DNA from: Neodothiora populina
Taxonomy: Eukaryota
Direction: 5' to 3'
Length of the DNA stretch: 64,000 nucleotides
Assembly (NCBI RefSeq): GCF_041146345.1
Contig: NW_027191417.1
Location: 558,001-622,000 of the forward strand
Part shown: piece by piece, positions 12,220 to 26,050 of the stretch
Layout of the letters: every line of letters starts with the position of its first letter
Numbering within the stretch: the first letter of the stretch is position 1
The notes under the pieces: model-generated
Database searches by the model: none
What the model was told of the DNA's origin: nothing
The model's input: the letters and a program-made list of their open reading frames with translations, nothing else
Position numbers and translations under genes: made by a program

Positions 12220-12730
12220 GATGGCGACGTGCTTGAGCCGGTGGTCTGCCTGAAGGGAGAGACGGTCGTGGAAGGTATGATGGCTGGAGCGACTCTTGTA
12301 GTGCTTTGTTAAGAGAAAGAACTCTACTTGGTGGTCATCGAACCTAGGGCTTTCGGTTGATAAACGTGAGTTATTAGACAGGTCACGAGGTAAAGAGGAC
12401 AAAGAGGGATGATGGTGGGGTGATGGGTGCTTCCAAATGTGAGGCAAACCTTATCTTATCTCAATCTCCGTGGCTAAGCGCGCGCCAAGCATACAAGATT
12501 TGGACAAGTGCAGAGGATGAGATGCGATTGCGCCATCGACTGCCATCTTGATGCAAGGTGCATTGGCAGAAAGTCTTCTCCCGTCAGTCTGAGTGGTGCA
12601 GTGTCTTGGTGTCAGAGGATCAATATGTCAGCACAGCACCAATTCGTCAATCAGGAGGGCCATGTAGGTATCTACACCGGTCAAGAGTGCGATCAAAGCA
12701 GTATTGATTTGTTCAAGACTTCTGAACTGC

Positions 12731-13683
12731 TCACATCTGCTGCGCAACCCATTGCAGCATCTCATCGGTCTGGGCCTGGTCGCCAATAGCAATGCTGCCT
12801 AGCACCGTCACCTCGATCTCTGATTCTTCCAGTTGTTTGAACTTGAACACTCCCTCACCTCCCTCACCGAGCCATTCTCTCTCCTCATCTTCGCCTTCTG
12901 AACCAGTGGCACTGTCCAGAAGTCCTTTTGCCCGTGTAGTTCTGATGTTGGTGATCTCCTGCTGCAACTTCTTCTTGATGACTTGAGCCGGGAGCCCGGT
13001 GAAGATGTCCAGTTTGTTAGCCGCAATCAGGACGGGGATGGAAGCGGGACCCTTGCTGGTCTTGGATGCCGTGTGTCGCTTCTGCAATGCAAGTAGCACA
13101 TCATGCAGGTACATGGCAGCTTCTGTCAGGCCAGCCGGGCTGGCTACGGCCGCCGAGTCCAGGACGAATATCAACCCTCGTAGCCTCTTTTCCGACTCCA
13201 AAGCCGTAAACGCGTGATGGCGCAGCTTGCCATGACCAGGCGTGTCGATTAGTTCAAATTGTCGACCCTTTTCTTTCGACGGGTCGTCTGCTGCACGGTA
13301 CTGAGACGATCTTGCCGTGACGGAGCTAGGCAGTCTGCACGTCACTGCCTGTGGAGATTGCGAGGTATGCGTTGATGCTGCTGTGCCGTGTTCGGACTGG
13401 GAGACCGTGAGCTTCTCATCCACATTGTATCAATATTGTGTTGGCATGACCGCCTTGATGCACATACTCTCGTAAGCAGCGTCGTTTTCCCAGCGCCACT
13501 GGGTCCAACAAGCAGGAACGAAGGTACCACAGTCACCGCTTTGGCCCGGTACATGAACAAGTGTATGGATATCGGCAACAGGATCGATATGAGGAATGTG
13601 ATCACTATCGCCGAGATGGAGGGGCTGAATGACCATGTCAGCCAGTCTCGAATGGTGTCTTTGTCGATTGGTAGACGGTCCAT
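12731..13683 (-). CDS. SRP102: Signal recognition particle receptor beta subunit
   Basis: N-terminal TM segment, GPSGAGKT P-loop, DTPGHGKLR, ANKLD. Intron at 13397-13467. Confidence 0.93.
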
Positions 13684-16600
13684 GGTCGCGGAGATGTCTT
13701 CGATATGTCCAGAAAACAAAGGTCTCCGATCCGCGCGATTAGCTGTGCTACGCCTGGGTGTGGACTCAAACACGATGAGACGGTGTTGTTGCTCAAGAAA
13801 ATATAGCTTGAGGAAACGGTATGCGACACCGATCACGGCGCAGCTGCGAACGGGCAGGGTATAGAGTGACGTATGTAGAAAGTCTTGACGAACTTATCTC
13901 GGTTACAACTGCCTTCGGGCAACAGATCACCATGAGGCAAGCCACTCCAACAACATTGACATTTCCGTGGGTGCATCAGAACATACACTACCGAGTTATG
14001 GCTGTTTGATAAACGTAGCTCGTGATGCGACAGGAGAGCTCGACATGGATTAGAGTGGGCAAGGCGAACAGTGGATCGAACTCCCGATAGGTAGCCTGCA
14101 TCCGCCTTGACATAGCTCCATTGGTATAGATTCGATCACCAAGCATCTATGTATGTGAGCCGAGGTGAGTAAGGCAAGCTGGCCCTTCCTCTCCTTTTCG
14201 ATTAACGCAGGCGATCATTTTCATGCCATACCTTACTTTGTGGTTTCAGAACTGCGTCTGACTCATACAGCTCATCATTCCTGCACGTAATAGAGATCTT
14301 GTTTACGGAGCACTGTAAGTTTGCGTTATTGTCTTGTTGCTTTCCTGGTCAGCGCATGAGCATGTCTCTGGCAATGTGACCATATGTCTCGCATATCATC
14401 TATCTAGGTATAGATTATTGTGCTGTTATTCGTCTGTCCCTGCAGGCGGCTGGAGAAGCCACGCTGAGGATGACGTGCATTAGGCACCGCTTGCCAGAAT
14501 GGACATAGACCCTGAACACCTGAATGTTGTCATGATATACATCGTCTGTTTTGTTGGTGTCCAGGATGGATGGCCTTACCTCAAGGCTCCATCGATGCGC
14601 ATGACCTGGGTAGCTATACAACAACGGTGACTGGAAAGTCTTGTCGTTGCTGGATTAGCGTGGGTCATATTCACAGTGCTAGCGGTGATTCGCAAACAGA
14701 TGGCAGCTGTGACTCGATCCATGTTACAGACTAGACTCTCGCCTTCTTGCCCTATTGTCCTTCACCTAAGTATCCAATGTAGTGCTTTGTAAGTACACCT
14801 GCCGAAGTACCCTGGACTAGACGATGAGTCAATGAGCATGAACGGGGAAGCAGACACGACTTCTCTTCGGAGTGTTCCTGTGAGCTTGTGCTAATCCAAA
14901 CAGACTTGAGGGAGGCGGTGTATCGTCCTACTCACAGTCGTCGACCATGCCATAATCTAATTCTCCCGAGACATCACTAGCACCATCCATGACACCCACA
15001 CTCTAAGTAAAGTCGTAGAATATTGGCCATCCGGTGAAAAGACGTCTCATCCCTTGAATGTTTCCAGGAGCCCAATGCATGCACCGGGCTCCGTCAGCCA
15101 GTCTTCTGCACCATTACAACGTTGCTCAGCTGGATCTTGCATTTTCCGTGGTCTGTGAGATAAGTTGTAATGGTGCTACAATCTTGACTACGTACTCTAT
15201 CCAACGAGACGGGGCTGTGAATGAAGTTTTGATCTTCCTTCACCATTTTGAGTTGTGTTCGACATGCTTGGCCGGTATCAGCCACACATCGCCTCAGAGC
15301 TAGCGTACAGAGCTTTAGCCATGGAATCAGCTTGCAAGTATAGGGGCTTAGGCGCCAAAACTGTGTCATACTCATCCGAGTCTGAACATGCTGATGGTGT
15401 ATGAGTGACTGGTGATCCTTCAAGCACATCTAGCTTGTTGAGTTTGTGGCTGTACCAGGAGTAGATACAGCAGTAACGGACGTCATGCCTGTGCTCACAT
15501 GAAGCGATCATAACTATAGAAGGACCTATCAAGAGGTTCTCAACATCTTCCCAAACATTGACTTGCCCGTACATAGTGGATGATCACATGCTGTGGTTGA
15601 CACGTGAGTGACGCCAAATGTCTACTCCTCGTGATCAGCTTTCACTGGAAAGTGTATGAAGAGATACTCCCATACCAGTATCAGTACGGTGCACACACAA
15701 CATGATCATTGCAATCCAATTAGGAGATTTGAAGGATGCATGTGCATTGCGTAGCTTGACGGCTTTGTGTCAGGGTCGTGGCTCGAGAAACTCGATGAGG
15801 CTAGGTTTGCCGTTGTCATATAATTGTAGGATGACATCCGCAAATAGCCTTACATCGCCCCGATAATTTACAAGGAGCAAGGCTTGCCGCGAGTAGAGCA
15901 GAGCAGAGTGAGTCCAATCTTATGCTTGCAGTGACTAGCTATAAGTGAGGCCTGTTGATGTCATCGCATTAGTGGCAATCCGGAAATCTCAGTCGAGGGC
16001 TCCTCCGATTAGTCGAGTCTTACTGCAAGTTTGAGGATCGTGACATGTGTGCGATATGTCGCGCATGAGATTTGACCTGGGCGAAGGCGAGACTGACAGC
16101 TAAACCGTCGAAGCTGATTGCCTCTTTGTTGGACGGGGTGTACTATGGTTAATATAGAAGGAGGTGACGACGCCTAGAGAATCAAGACATGGTCTTGTGT
16201 CACATCGGCATAGCAGGCTCACATTGTGACACGTAAGGTCTACATGATGTTGTACTACACTTGTTGGCTCATCAGGACATTGACGGGGGTAACGGTTCAG
16301 ACCGCAGGCCCGAGAATTTCTGCACTTACCGGCTGGAGAGTGAAGGGCTTCAGATCAATCATGGCAGAAAAGCGTAGTGGGTGGCAGTATGGTAGCACAG
16401 AGCACTCGAGAAAGCTGCAAGCCAATCATATGTGTTTCGACTTGAGGATGATGGTATGGATGCGTACATGCAACTATCATGATATGCTGGCTGTGGAATC
16501 ATGGCTTGTCGAGCCTATCTTGTCCGTTGCCTCGGAAATCCAGATTTTCGTCTCATATTCGAGTATGATCACATAACCTTAAGAAGGTATAAAAGCTTTG

Positions 16601-19600
16601 TCGGGGAATCGGGATGTGAAATCAAGCTACCAGGTTAGACGTTATCAGACAAGCAGACATCCTGAATTGCCATGTACCAGATCGCCTGCGGCCTCTCACC
16701 ATGAGCGGGGAAGGCAATCCGGTGCAGGCTGCCGTGTGCAAGATCTGGAGATATAGGACCACGCAACAAATAGGCTCTACTCTCCGCGTGGTCGACAGCA
16801 TGTGTGCGACAAGAAGTACGGAACGTGAAAATGGAATGTAACGCCCCAATTGGCCGACATGAGGATTAAGTGTCACCTCCAGAGACACCATCATCTTGAG
16901 ATAGTGCTCCGCCTCTGGCAATCGACAGATTTGTACAACAATGATGGGCTCACGTTCGTTGAAAGGTTGCAACGCATCCGTGTCTTACACACGATCTAGA
17001 GAGAAGGGATGCTGCAGTATAAGTATAATGGCAGGAAATCTTCGTTAATCATGACAGCTATGAAGCTGGTATGCATGAGTACTCGCCTACACCTTTTAGT
17101 TTACTTGCCTCGGAATATAGTCAGGTATAATGAGGGAGTACAGGTAACGAGAGCCTCTTGATGAGGTTTGCTGTATCAAGATGAGCTACTATGTGGAAGA
17201 AACTCAGACAAGGTCCTTCTGCACGCCGGTAATTTGCTTTTACCAGCAAGGCGGCTCGATTGAGTATCCTTATCATACGTCGCGACAAGGCATTAGGATA
17301 TACACACACAATGCTGATGCATAGGTGTTTGAATGGACGGCTTAGAGCCTGCGTATGATTTGCTGGCGACCTGCGGAGTTTAAATTCTAGTGCTATTTCT
17401 GTGGCGTCTCTGCTTGGAGGAATCGAGACCTCTGTGGTCACAACACATTGTTGTGCAAGGTCGGACGGCTACGATTCGCCCAATTGAAGACACACGTCAG
17501 TATATGGTAGAGTTGTGCGACAGGCAGTCTTGACAGTTTTGACCAACTAATGAAGCCATGTAATGGAGATTGAGCTCAATTGAGCCGCCCAGGTTTCATC
17601 ACTACTGACGCAGGTCAATGCTCTGTTGTTGGTTTGCTACAGTAGAAGATATCGCACTATAATTGGCCCTTGTTCTCGGTGGATCTATCCCCGGAACGCT
17701 GGTAAGGCAAACGTATCCCCACACAGGTAGCACGGTTATGAAACATATTTTACCAAGTAATGCATACCTATTTACTGCCGCTAGGCCAGCGAGGAATGTA
17801 AACACTAAGGTATTGAGGAGTAGTGCTGCGGGTAGGGCGACACACATCACTATGCCCTTTGCGGATAGTAACACAATTAGCGTCCAATCAGACGTCCTGC
17901 TCACAATCGTCAAGACAATGTCAACTACTAGGACACGACAGCGACTTCTAATATCTTTTTTCACTTGAGATACCAGTTGGGACATTGCTTGCCCTCTTTG
18001 GATGGGTCTATAGCCCTATGGCTTGGTGCAAGGGGCTTCCTGAACGCCGTGACACAGCAACACGGGGCGGTGGCGGAACAGAAGGGAGATGATTACCTTG
18101 GTCTGCTTAGACCACTTTATCATTATCTAGACAGGTGCATGGTAGTCCAAATCGGTGGCGCCATAGACCCAGCTCCCAGGACAGCATAGAGCGCCTCTGC
18201 AGATCACTTGATCAGCCCGGTTACAGCTTGTGCAATCCCGCTGCGGTCCTCTGATTGAATACCTTACCTAGTTATGCTTGGACATAAGCGGATCGATGTT
18301 GTTGTAAGGCCTACGTCAATCCCTCTCACCGGCAGGACCGGGCCGAAGAGCTCATCATGGAATGGTCGATACGGCAATCTACTGGTTAAAGCAACGATAC
18401 ACCCCACTCCCCCAATTATCGAACACCGTGCATGGTGAGCGAGCGTGACGAACCGATCGACAGGGTGTCAGTAGCGAAACGGACATGGAACTGCTATACT
18501 GGCTCATGAGAAAATAGGCAGCTCATTCTGGATACTGCTCGCCTTGTTGCCGTTGCAGGCCAAACGGGTTGCATGGCCAAAGGCACTGCCGAGCTAATAG
18601 CTTTGATACGAAGACCACGCTCAGTAAGGAGTGCCATCATGCATGGTCCAAAGCCGAGAGTCCTTGTAGCGTTGTCTCCCTGGCTTCCCTGAAGCTAAAG
18701 CTCCTGCAGCTATCCTTCGGGACGGGTATCTTTTGCCAGGTGGTGGTCTAAGCTGTAGTCCGACGCGCGCTGTCTTTTCGAGGCTGAGCGAAGCACCGCT
18801 CTGTCGGGTTCTGTGAGCTGCTGTCTTCCCTGCCCATCTCAGTCGAGGAGGAAGAGTTCGAGTATTGGCTGTCATGGTTAAATGTTCGAGAAATCTCGTC
18901 AGACTGATCTTGGTCTTCCCACGATTCTCAGAGATACTTCCCGATCTATTGGTGTTTGCCATTCCTAAACAAACTGTACGCTTAGATATCAGTCGTGGAA
19001 TTACTCTTATTCCATGAGTGTCTACTGTTGCTTATTGACATCCAGATCTCCCACCTGATCTGGCCAGATCTAGCCAGCATTGCAGCACCTCGAGCATCTG
19101 ACAGATCAAGCGTATGACAGTGCAGCGTTCTACGTTCCAGACTTCTACTGCTTTGACTAATCATTCGCCCTCGGTGAATCCTTGAGTGTATTCCCATATC
19201 ACCTCTGAAATTGGACTATTATCCCGACTGGGATGTGGGATACCTGTCATTGCGATCAGGCAGTCAGACGTTGAGAGAGCGCGCATCCCCGATCACGATT
19301 TTGGCAAGCGCTAATTGAGTACCGACATCCCTGTGGTGAGTTTTCGACTCAAGCATGATTCGTTTGTTGCAGATAATGAGATAAGCCACATGTCTACGTC
19401 TTCACCGCTCTCATTTTTACGTCTTTGTATGGTTATGCATTTGGCCGCTGTGGTCAACACTGTTGACATGTCATATTGTCCAGGAAGACGCATATTGGAG
19501 ACTTACTCACGATATCGTATAGATACTGTCGATTTCGCAAATTTCAGAGCACTGTCTCGAACCAGTAGTCAAGGCCGACTCGCAAGGCCGACTCATATCC

Positions 19601-20038
19601 CAAGGCCTCTCAATCTGCCGCATTTCAATCGCCGAGGTATATCAAGCCTGTCTCAAGTCGTGTCCCGCGTGTGCTGGCGCGTCAGCGCTTGGTCATTACT
19701 CACATATCGAGAACATTGTACTGCGACACGATCTACTGCAAATTCGCTCTATCTGTCTCTGACCATCCACCAAACATACAGAGGCACAACCGGGCGCTTG
19801 GTCAGAACCTGTTGCGACCTGTCTGTACCGTTACTTTCTGCTACCGGAGTGAGAAGTAGAAGGACGTACATTACATCGAATGTTATTGGGCGTCACTGGA
19901 TCGATGGATCATTGTAAGTTTTCTCGACGTTTTTCGTTACAATTTTGCTATACAACATACATCTCAAGCTTATCACTCGTGCTCGATGTCATGTCTCCTG
20001 GTTCGCTTGTCTAGTACAATTATCCCTTCGGTTCGAGT

Positions 20039-22554
20039 ATGGTCGTCAGCATCGAAGCGCCCACTTCAAGACACATTCGATGGGATGGTACGAGACCATA
20101 GATAGCGCATTCAAGCACTTCGTATACTCACACTTATGCTAGAACACAATCAGCTGACATTGCTACTTGAGCAGCATTGTTGAATCCACTAGGATCTCCT
20201 CCTTATTACAATTCGGAGCAGGAATGTCGAGATCAAATGAACGCTCAAGCTGGCGCACAGAATTATCACACTGGCGGTTCTGATCAACTACGCCGTGATG
20301 ATAGCCTGAATCGGCCACAACCCAGAAGCTACACTGCTGGGGCAAGTAATAATTCGCAATATATCGGCGACAAATCATCGACTGCAGACATCCAGTAGGT
20401 TCCTAGCTCATGATCATCATCACCATCGTCATCACTCTCATCATGTGCTGCTTTTCCTACTTTGGCTTTCATTCCAGTCTATCATGTATCAGTCATATGT
20501 TGCACATGCAAGCCTCAATTTTGCTCTTTTCACTACACATCACGACTGTGAGAACATCTTCAAGCCTTTTCTCTCACGGTTTTCCCGATGCATCTGATCT
20601 GCTTGCACAATAAGTTGTGACAGCATCGCCATCGGAGCTTCCGGTTGTTAATTTTGCTCGGCCATATACAACATCTGATTTGACACGTTACACAACATGG
20701 GCCCTGTACTGACGATCGGTAGAAGCAGACTCCCTTCAGGTTCCACAAACTTTATTTTGACAGACGGCTCCGGTACAATATCTAGTGCCACCACTCCGGT
20801 CTCAGCATCGTCCTCTCTGGTTCAACACTTCACGCCATCTTATCAGCTTGGTCAACAACATCAGTACTTTCTACCACTTAACTTCTCTCAACGCAGGTAT
20901 GCTATCGACATTCGTCATAGGATCTGCGCGATTTTCCTGATAGATTCATACGCTGACGGTTAGGTTTAGTGCGGAAGAATCAGAGACCCATTACAGCGGC
21001 TGGAGGGCAGATACAAGTGCGATCCATCCAGTATCGCCATCCACTGTCTCACGTGAAGGTTACACATACCCAACTGCACCGACACATCTAATGCCATCCA
21101 ACCTCGCGTACGCGGGCGGGAATTCGGCGTATTCTACCAGTCCTCGCAGCGGCGACACGTCACTGGCGCAACCATTCACCCCTGCAACTTCTCTATTCGA
21201 TCCTACCGATATGTCCAATAGTGGGGAACAATCGCACATGTTCCCTTTCCTAGCCATGGAGACCGAGCGGTCCATCGTGACTTCGACAGGCGACATCGTG
21301 AAGCCCAATATTCAAGTCATGCCTACTAAAGGGTTCTTCACTGCTCAAGGGCATTGGACATGTTACCGCCGTAACTACTTTGGCCTCAATGCCTGGTACG
21401 ATCTCGGGTTCCTTGCCCACAATACTCTATTATATCTGGACTCGAAGCCGATTAAGGCTTTTGCTTTGCATCTGTCCGCAACAATTGATGGACAGGAAGG
21501 GAAGAATGTGGAGCTGGTGCAATATACTCCCAAGCGAGACCTGGGTGACAAAACGCCTATCGCAATTACCAGAGTCGCACCCTCATCGCCGGGTGTACCT
21601 CCAAGCATGAACCCAAACAGTACCTATGTGGGCATGTCGGCATATCAGTTGAATGGCATGTACGGATGCCCTTTCCTCCCACTACAGAATGAGAGAGACC
21701 CTGAGTCACCGGAAACACCCAATTCAGCGAACCAATTGTCCATGAGTCCTACCAGCAGTGGATTTCCACATGGAAGCGGATCAGTTCAAGGAGACATTCC
21801 AAGGCACTCTTTCGATCGAGTACAATTCAAGGGTGCAACGCAAAACAATGGAAAGCGCCGTGCCTCACAACAGTTTTACATTCTTGTTGTTGAGCTTCTT
21901 GCTGATGTTCGTGGAGATGATGCGAACGAGCCAGACTGGACACGGGTCGCGAGTCGTCCAAGCGATAAGCTTGTGGTACGGGGCCGGAGTCCTAGCCATT
22001 ACAAAGACAGTGACCAAAGCGCTAACAGCCACGGTCGCCGCGGAGGGAACCCTGGAACTTATGATGTACGTGGTCCAGGACATGGCTCTCCTGGAGGAGG
22101 TCAAAACGGGGCAACCCCTTACAACACGGGATCAGGCAACCCCGGAGCCTTTCGACCCTACTCCTATTCCCACAGTTCGATGTCTCCAAACAGTAACTAT
22201 TCTGTCAACAACCCGTTGAACAACGGCGAACCCATCGTTGATGTCAAGCATCACTTGGAGCCGAGCCTAGCTCGAGAGGAGTTAGCTCACATGCAAAACC
22301 ACGATACATACCGCTATTACAGGGACACGATCGACAAGGGGATCCCTATCCCTCTGAAAATAGAGACCCCCTCAAGCATAATAGTACCTGGTTTCTCTAC
22401 ATCAATGCAGATCGATAGCAAGCCTGCGCCTACAGAGGGCTATCCAAGTCCTGCGCCTAGCCGACATTATGGGTGCGGATCTTACACCGGCTACATTGGC
22501 AGTGAGACAAGCCGTGGTTGGTATTTCACATCTCGCGAAGACATGCCCTACTGA
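20039..22554 (+). CDS. Ndt80/PhoG-family (p53-like fold) transcription factor, NdtA/FSD-1-like
   Basis: The main exon 20964-22554 has KGFF...WTCYRRNYF, LVQYTPKRD, FDRVQFKGATQNNGKRRASQQFY and VVRGRSPSHY. The 5' exons (20039-20087, 20175-20345, 20764-20896) are inferred from phase-compatible splice sites and are less certain. Confidence 0.9.
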
Positions 22555-23939
22555 TGGGCCGCCTACAAATAGAGGTGATAAAATCATCCCATCCTATCAA
22601 CCCCCTGGGTGACCATGAACTCATCAAAGAGAAGGTGCATCCCTCCGACTTCCAAGCTCGCCTCCATCAGCAAGGGATCTATACAGTTGGTCAAACGGCT
22701 ACGTTGTCACTGCCTTGCTCTGATGCAGACTCTAGTCAACGATCATTTGGATCGAGGTGACGCAAGGTCCAGCCACAATCGTGCCTGACCTGCTTTTGGC
22801 CGCGCTTCGAGCAATCATCGGGCTAGTCTCGAAGCTCTCAATGCTCCTGAACAGGGCCTTTTTGCTCTATGCCTTGCATTTACTTTATGTTTAATTGCTG
22901 ACACGGCTCATTCAACAAAAGGTTGAATGTGTTTCACGAAGACCTTACCAGCACATGACGAACGAAATGACGATACACGAAGCATATTCTATCTAATGTC
23001 TCTTTCCTCTTTCCTTTTATTGCTCTTCATGTTATTGGACCTAGGCTGTCATAGGAAGCAAGCATCACAACGGGCGTCGGAGTAGCTCCTTTGATTATCT
23101 TTCGGGGTGGAGGATCAATTTGTTTCGGAATTCAGTTAACTGGGCATATATTATTAGCTTACAATAAAAACCCCCTTTAGTCAGGCGATGTGGTTTATGA
23201 CATGGCTTCATCGTGACCATCTGAATATTGTCATAGCGGACTTAAGCTGACCCAAACAACGAGCGGTGTACGCAATGGCCTATTGCAATTCCAAAGAAGG
23301 GAAACCGGGATGGCCAATGCACCAGCCCCCACGATATTTGCATGATCGTCCGTCAGTCAGTCAGCATACCAGATCCTGTTCACTTAGGACATTCTGAGTT
23401 TTCGGACTCGGACGGGTTTACTCGGTCTTATTCGGAACGACGCTGGACTGCCTGGACACCTGCAGAAGGAAGTGAATAGAAAACCGACCAAGGCACGGAG
23501 AAACTGGCACATGGAGGGAGATGTTTTGTTCCGTCCCAGTAGTATGCACGAGCGAGCAACGCATGATCTGTGTGTGCTGGACCGAACGAGAAACGTGTGT
23601 ATGTATCGCTAATTATAAACTCCATTGGTGTGATGCATAGGTACTATCTAAGGCAACTCACCGCATAACTACTGCGCGGTGCAGATTGTGCAAGCCCACA
23701 TGTACGTCAAGCTTGGCGAAGATGCAGTCAGTACAGGGGTAGGACTGTCTGAACTTGCAGTAGATCGACAACATGACGACCACGTCGGAACGCAGTCTGA
23801 CTGATGATGGCACGTTTGTAGTGAAGAGTGTTTGTGATCGCTTTCTTTTCCACGATGCGAAGTTCACGTATGTGGAAAGCAGCAAACCCCCGCGCAGCGC
23901 AGACACAGGGAAGGAGTGGGTGATGATCACGCTGTATTC

Positions 23940-26050
23940 CTAGTCTGGTGCCTTGTTGTCGTCCCAACTGGGTGGTATACTCCTGCACACCTCGAGGTAG
24001 TCTTGCCACCTTTCGGGACTTTCGACGACCCCGTCGCCCGTCCAGAACATGGTCCATTGCGTGTCCGTTAGGTCCCACGTGCCCTTGCTTCTCTCAAAGT
24101 ACCATTTGTTCACGGGGTTGGTCTTTCTGCTTCGCCAGCACACACCATGCGGGAAACATGACCGAACCATAGCTTGGAAGACGACGTCCGCGACACCTGA
24201 CGAGCCCTGTGACTTCTGCAGGACAGCAAACTTGTCGAGGTACGGTACTAGGCGGGACGGGTCATATTCGTCGGGGTCAGAGCTTTGAGATGAAAGGTTC
24301 GGGGGCATCTCCCATGTGAGTATTGCGCCGCCTTCGTATTCTCCCGCGATGATGACTCCGGCTATGCGGTTCTCGATTCTTTGCAAATAATGACGTACGT
24401 CTAATGGTCGACGAAAAGAATCCTCAATCAGATCCACAAGACGTGGTAAGTTGATGTTGGGGTGGTTATCCAAGGATATAGTCTTCTCACCAGGTTTCGG
24501 AGGTAGCCAAGGCTGCTTACGTGGATCTGGAATGATCGTGAGTGGCATGCCCCGTTTGACGAGCGTGGACCGAGTGGGCGATGCCTGTGTTGACACTGCA
24601 GAGTATATTTCCACCGCTGGAAGCCGAGCAACAGGCAGGGACGAAGAGATTATAGGCTTATTGGTCAGTAGATTGTGAATCAAAGGATTCTTCTGACGCC
24701 TTGTTGTAATGCCAATAGCATCAGGCTGCTTCGTCGAGCGAGACACACTCGCCGCCTCTTCTGGCGAGATTAGTAGAGCAGACGACGCAGGCGGAAGAAG
24801 CATCAAGCAATCTCGGAGCAACTTAAGGTTCGCAGCATGTGGTGCAGCTGCATGTCCATCCTGGAGCTCAGCAGCTACGTCTTCATACTCTTGTTCCAAG
24901 TTGATGAAGACATGAGCCCTGTCCTCCCTCTGTTCTGAGGGTAAGCCGCCCATGGGCTCTAGCATGATGATTCTATCCAGCGAAGCATCAATCGCTGCTT
25001 CTTTCTGCGCATCGGTCGCGATATCCGAAAGAAGACGTGTAAGAGCTAGCATGATCTCTGCCGCTGATACGTGGCTCGCTCGGAACGTAGACGTGTGCGC
25101 AATTGCGGGTATGACCGGAATGGCTCCTCTCTTCAACGGCTCCAAGATGAGCTTAGGTATCTCTACGGCCACATTGCCTTGGACTTGGGCAAGGGACTCA
25201 TCTCTGTCGCCTTGATCCTGTATGGTCATCGCTGAATCCACGTAACGTGCCCCTGCATTATTATGCCTCTCGATAGCAGCTACGACCCGCTCTCCCTGTT
25301 GTTGATAAACATGCTTGAAGGAGCGATCGCCGCTCAACGAGATTTCTTCATGGCAATCAATTGCAAGTACAATCTGCATGTCCAAACGAACGAGCTGGGC
25401 AAGGGTCAAGGCAATGCCGTCCAACACGTCATCTTCTATGAGATATGGTGACCGCATTGAGACCAAGGCAACATGCACCTCACCAAACCCGCGCTGCACT
25501 TCTATGTCTTTCTCGCTTCTAGTGAATGTTGGACTAGATGCTGCAGCTCTTGTGGGTAGGTAAAGACCACCCAGATTAACGCCCGTATCGCTAACATCTT
25601 CCTGGCCCCCATGGTGTGATTTTGGGGGTGGGCTGGTCTTGCCTAAGTCCTTTTCACGCGACTTGAATCGAGCCAGATACTGTTTAGCGTCACGACGCGT
25701 AGTGCTAGAGCTGAGTATATCGAAAAAGAAGTCCTGTCCACCCATTCAGCTACGATTGATCAACAACAATGGAAAGCAGGTAAATCTCCATACCCGCTGT
25801 AAAAGCTTGTCCCCTCGGGGTCCATTGCTACTTTTAGCTGCTGTGTAGGCTTGAGCGTCCTTCTGTCGTGATAGTGATGATTTATAGCGAGCGGTACACT
25901 GCCATCTCTGTCCATTACGACCAGCGTGGAAGGTCAGGAACTGTTCGTAAGTCAGCCGTTACCTGGTTCCAAGTCTATCGCAAAATGTCTCGCTCAAGAG
26001 CTTACTTCATGGCATGCACTTCTTCTAGATGCCGCAATCCATGTTGTCAT
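23940..26050 (-). CDS. ARG2: Mitochondrial N-acetylglutamate synthase (amino-acid N-acetyltransferase)
   Basis: R|DFFFDILSSSTTRRDAKQYLARF, HVFINLEQEY, NPLIHNLLTNKP, YLDKFAV, WRSRKTNPVNKWYFERSKG. Introns at 25941-26005 and 25734-25793. The first exon (MTTWIAASRRSACHE) is inferred. Confidence 0.93.

Noticed and set aside
12220..12447. His-rich N-terminal extension of the CYS4 ORF
   Set aside because: It begins at a non-ATG codon; the ATG at 12219 gives a normal fungal CBS N-terminus
19315..19917. About 200-aa ORFs in intergenic DNA (also 36138-36737 and 43239-43850)
   Set aside because: No motifs or codon bias, two start at non-ATG codons, and composition is random-like
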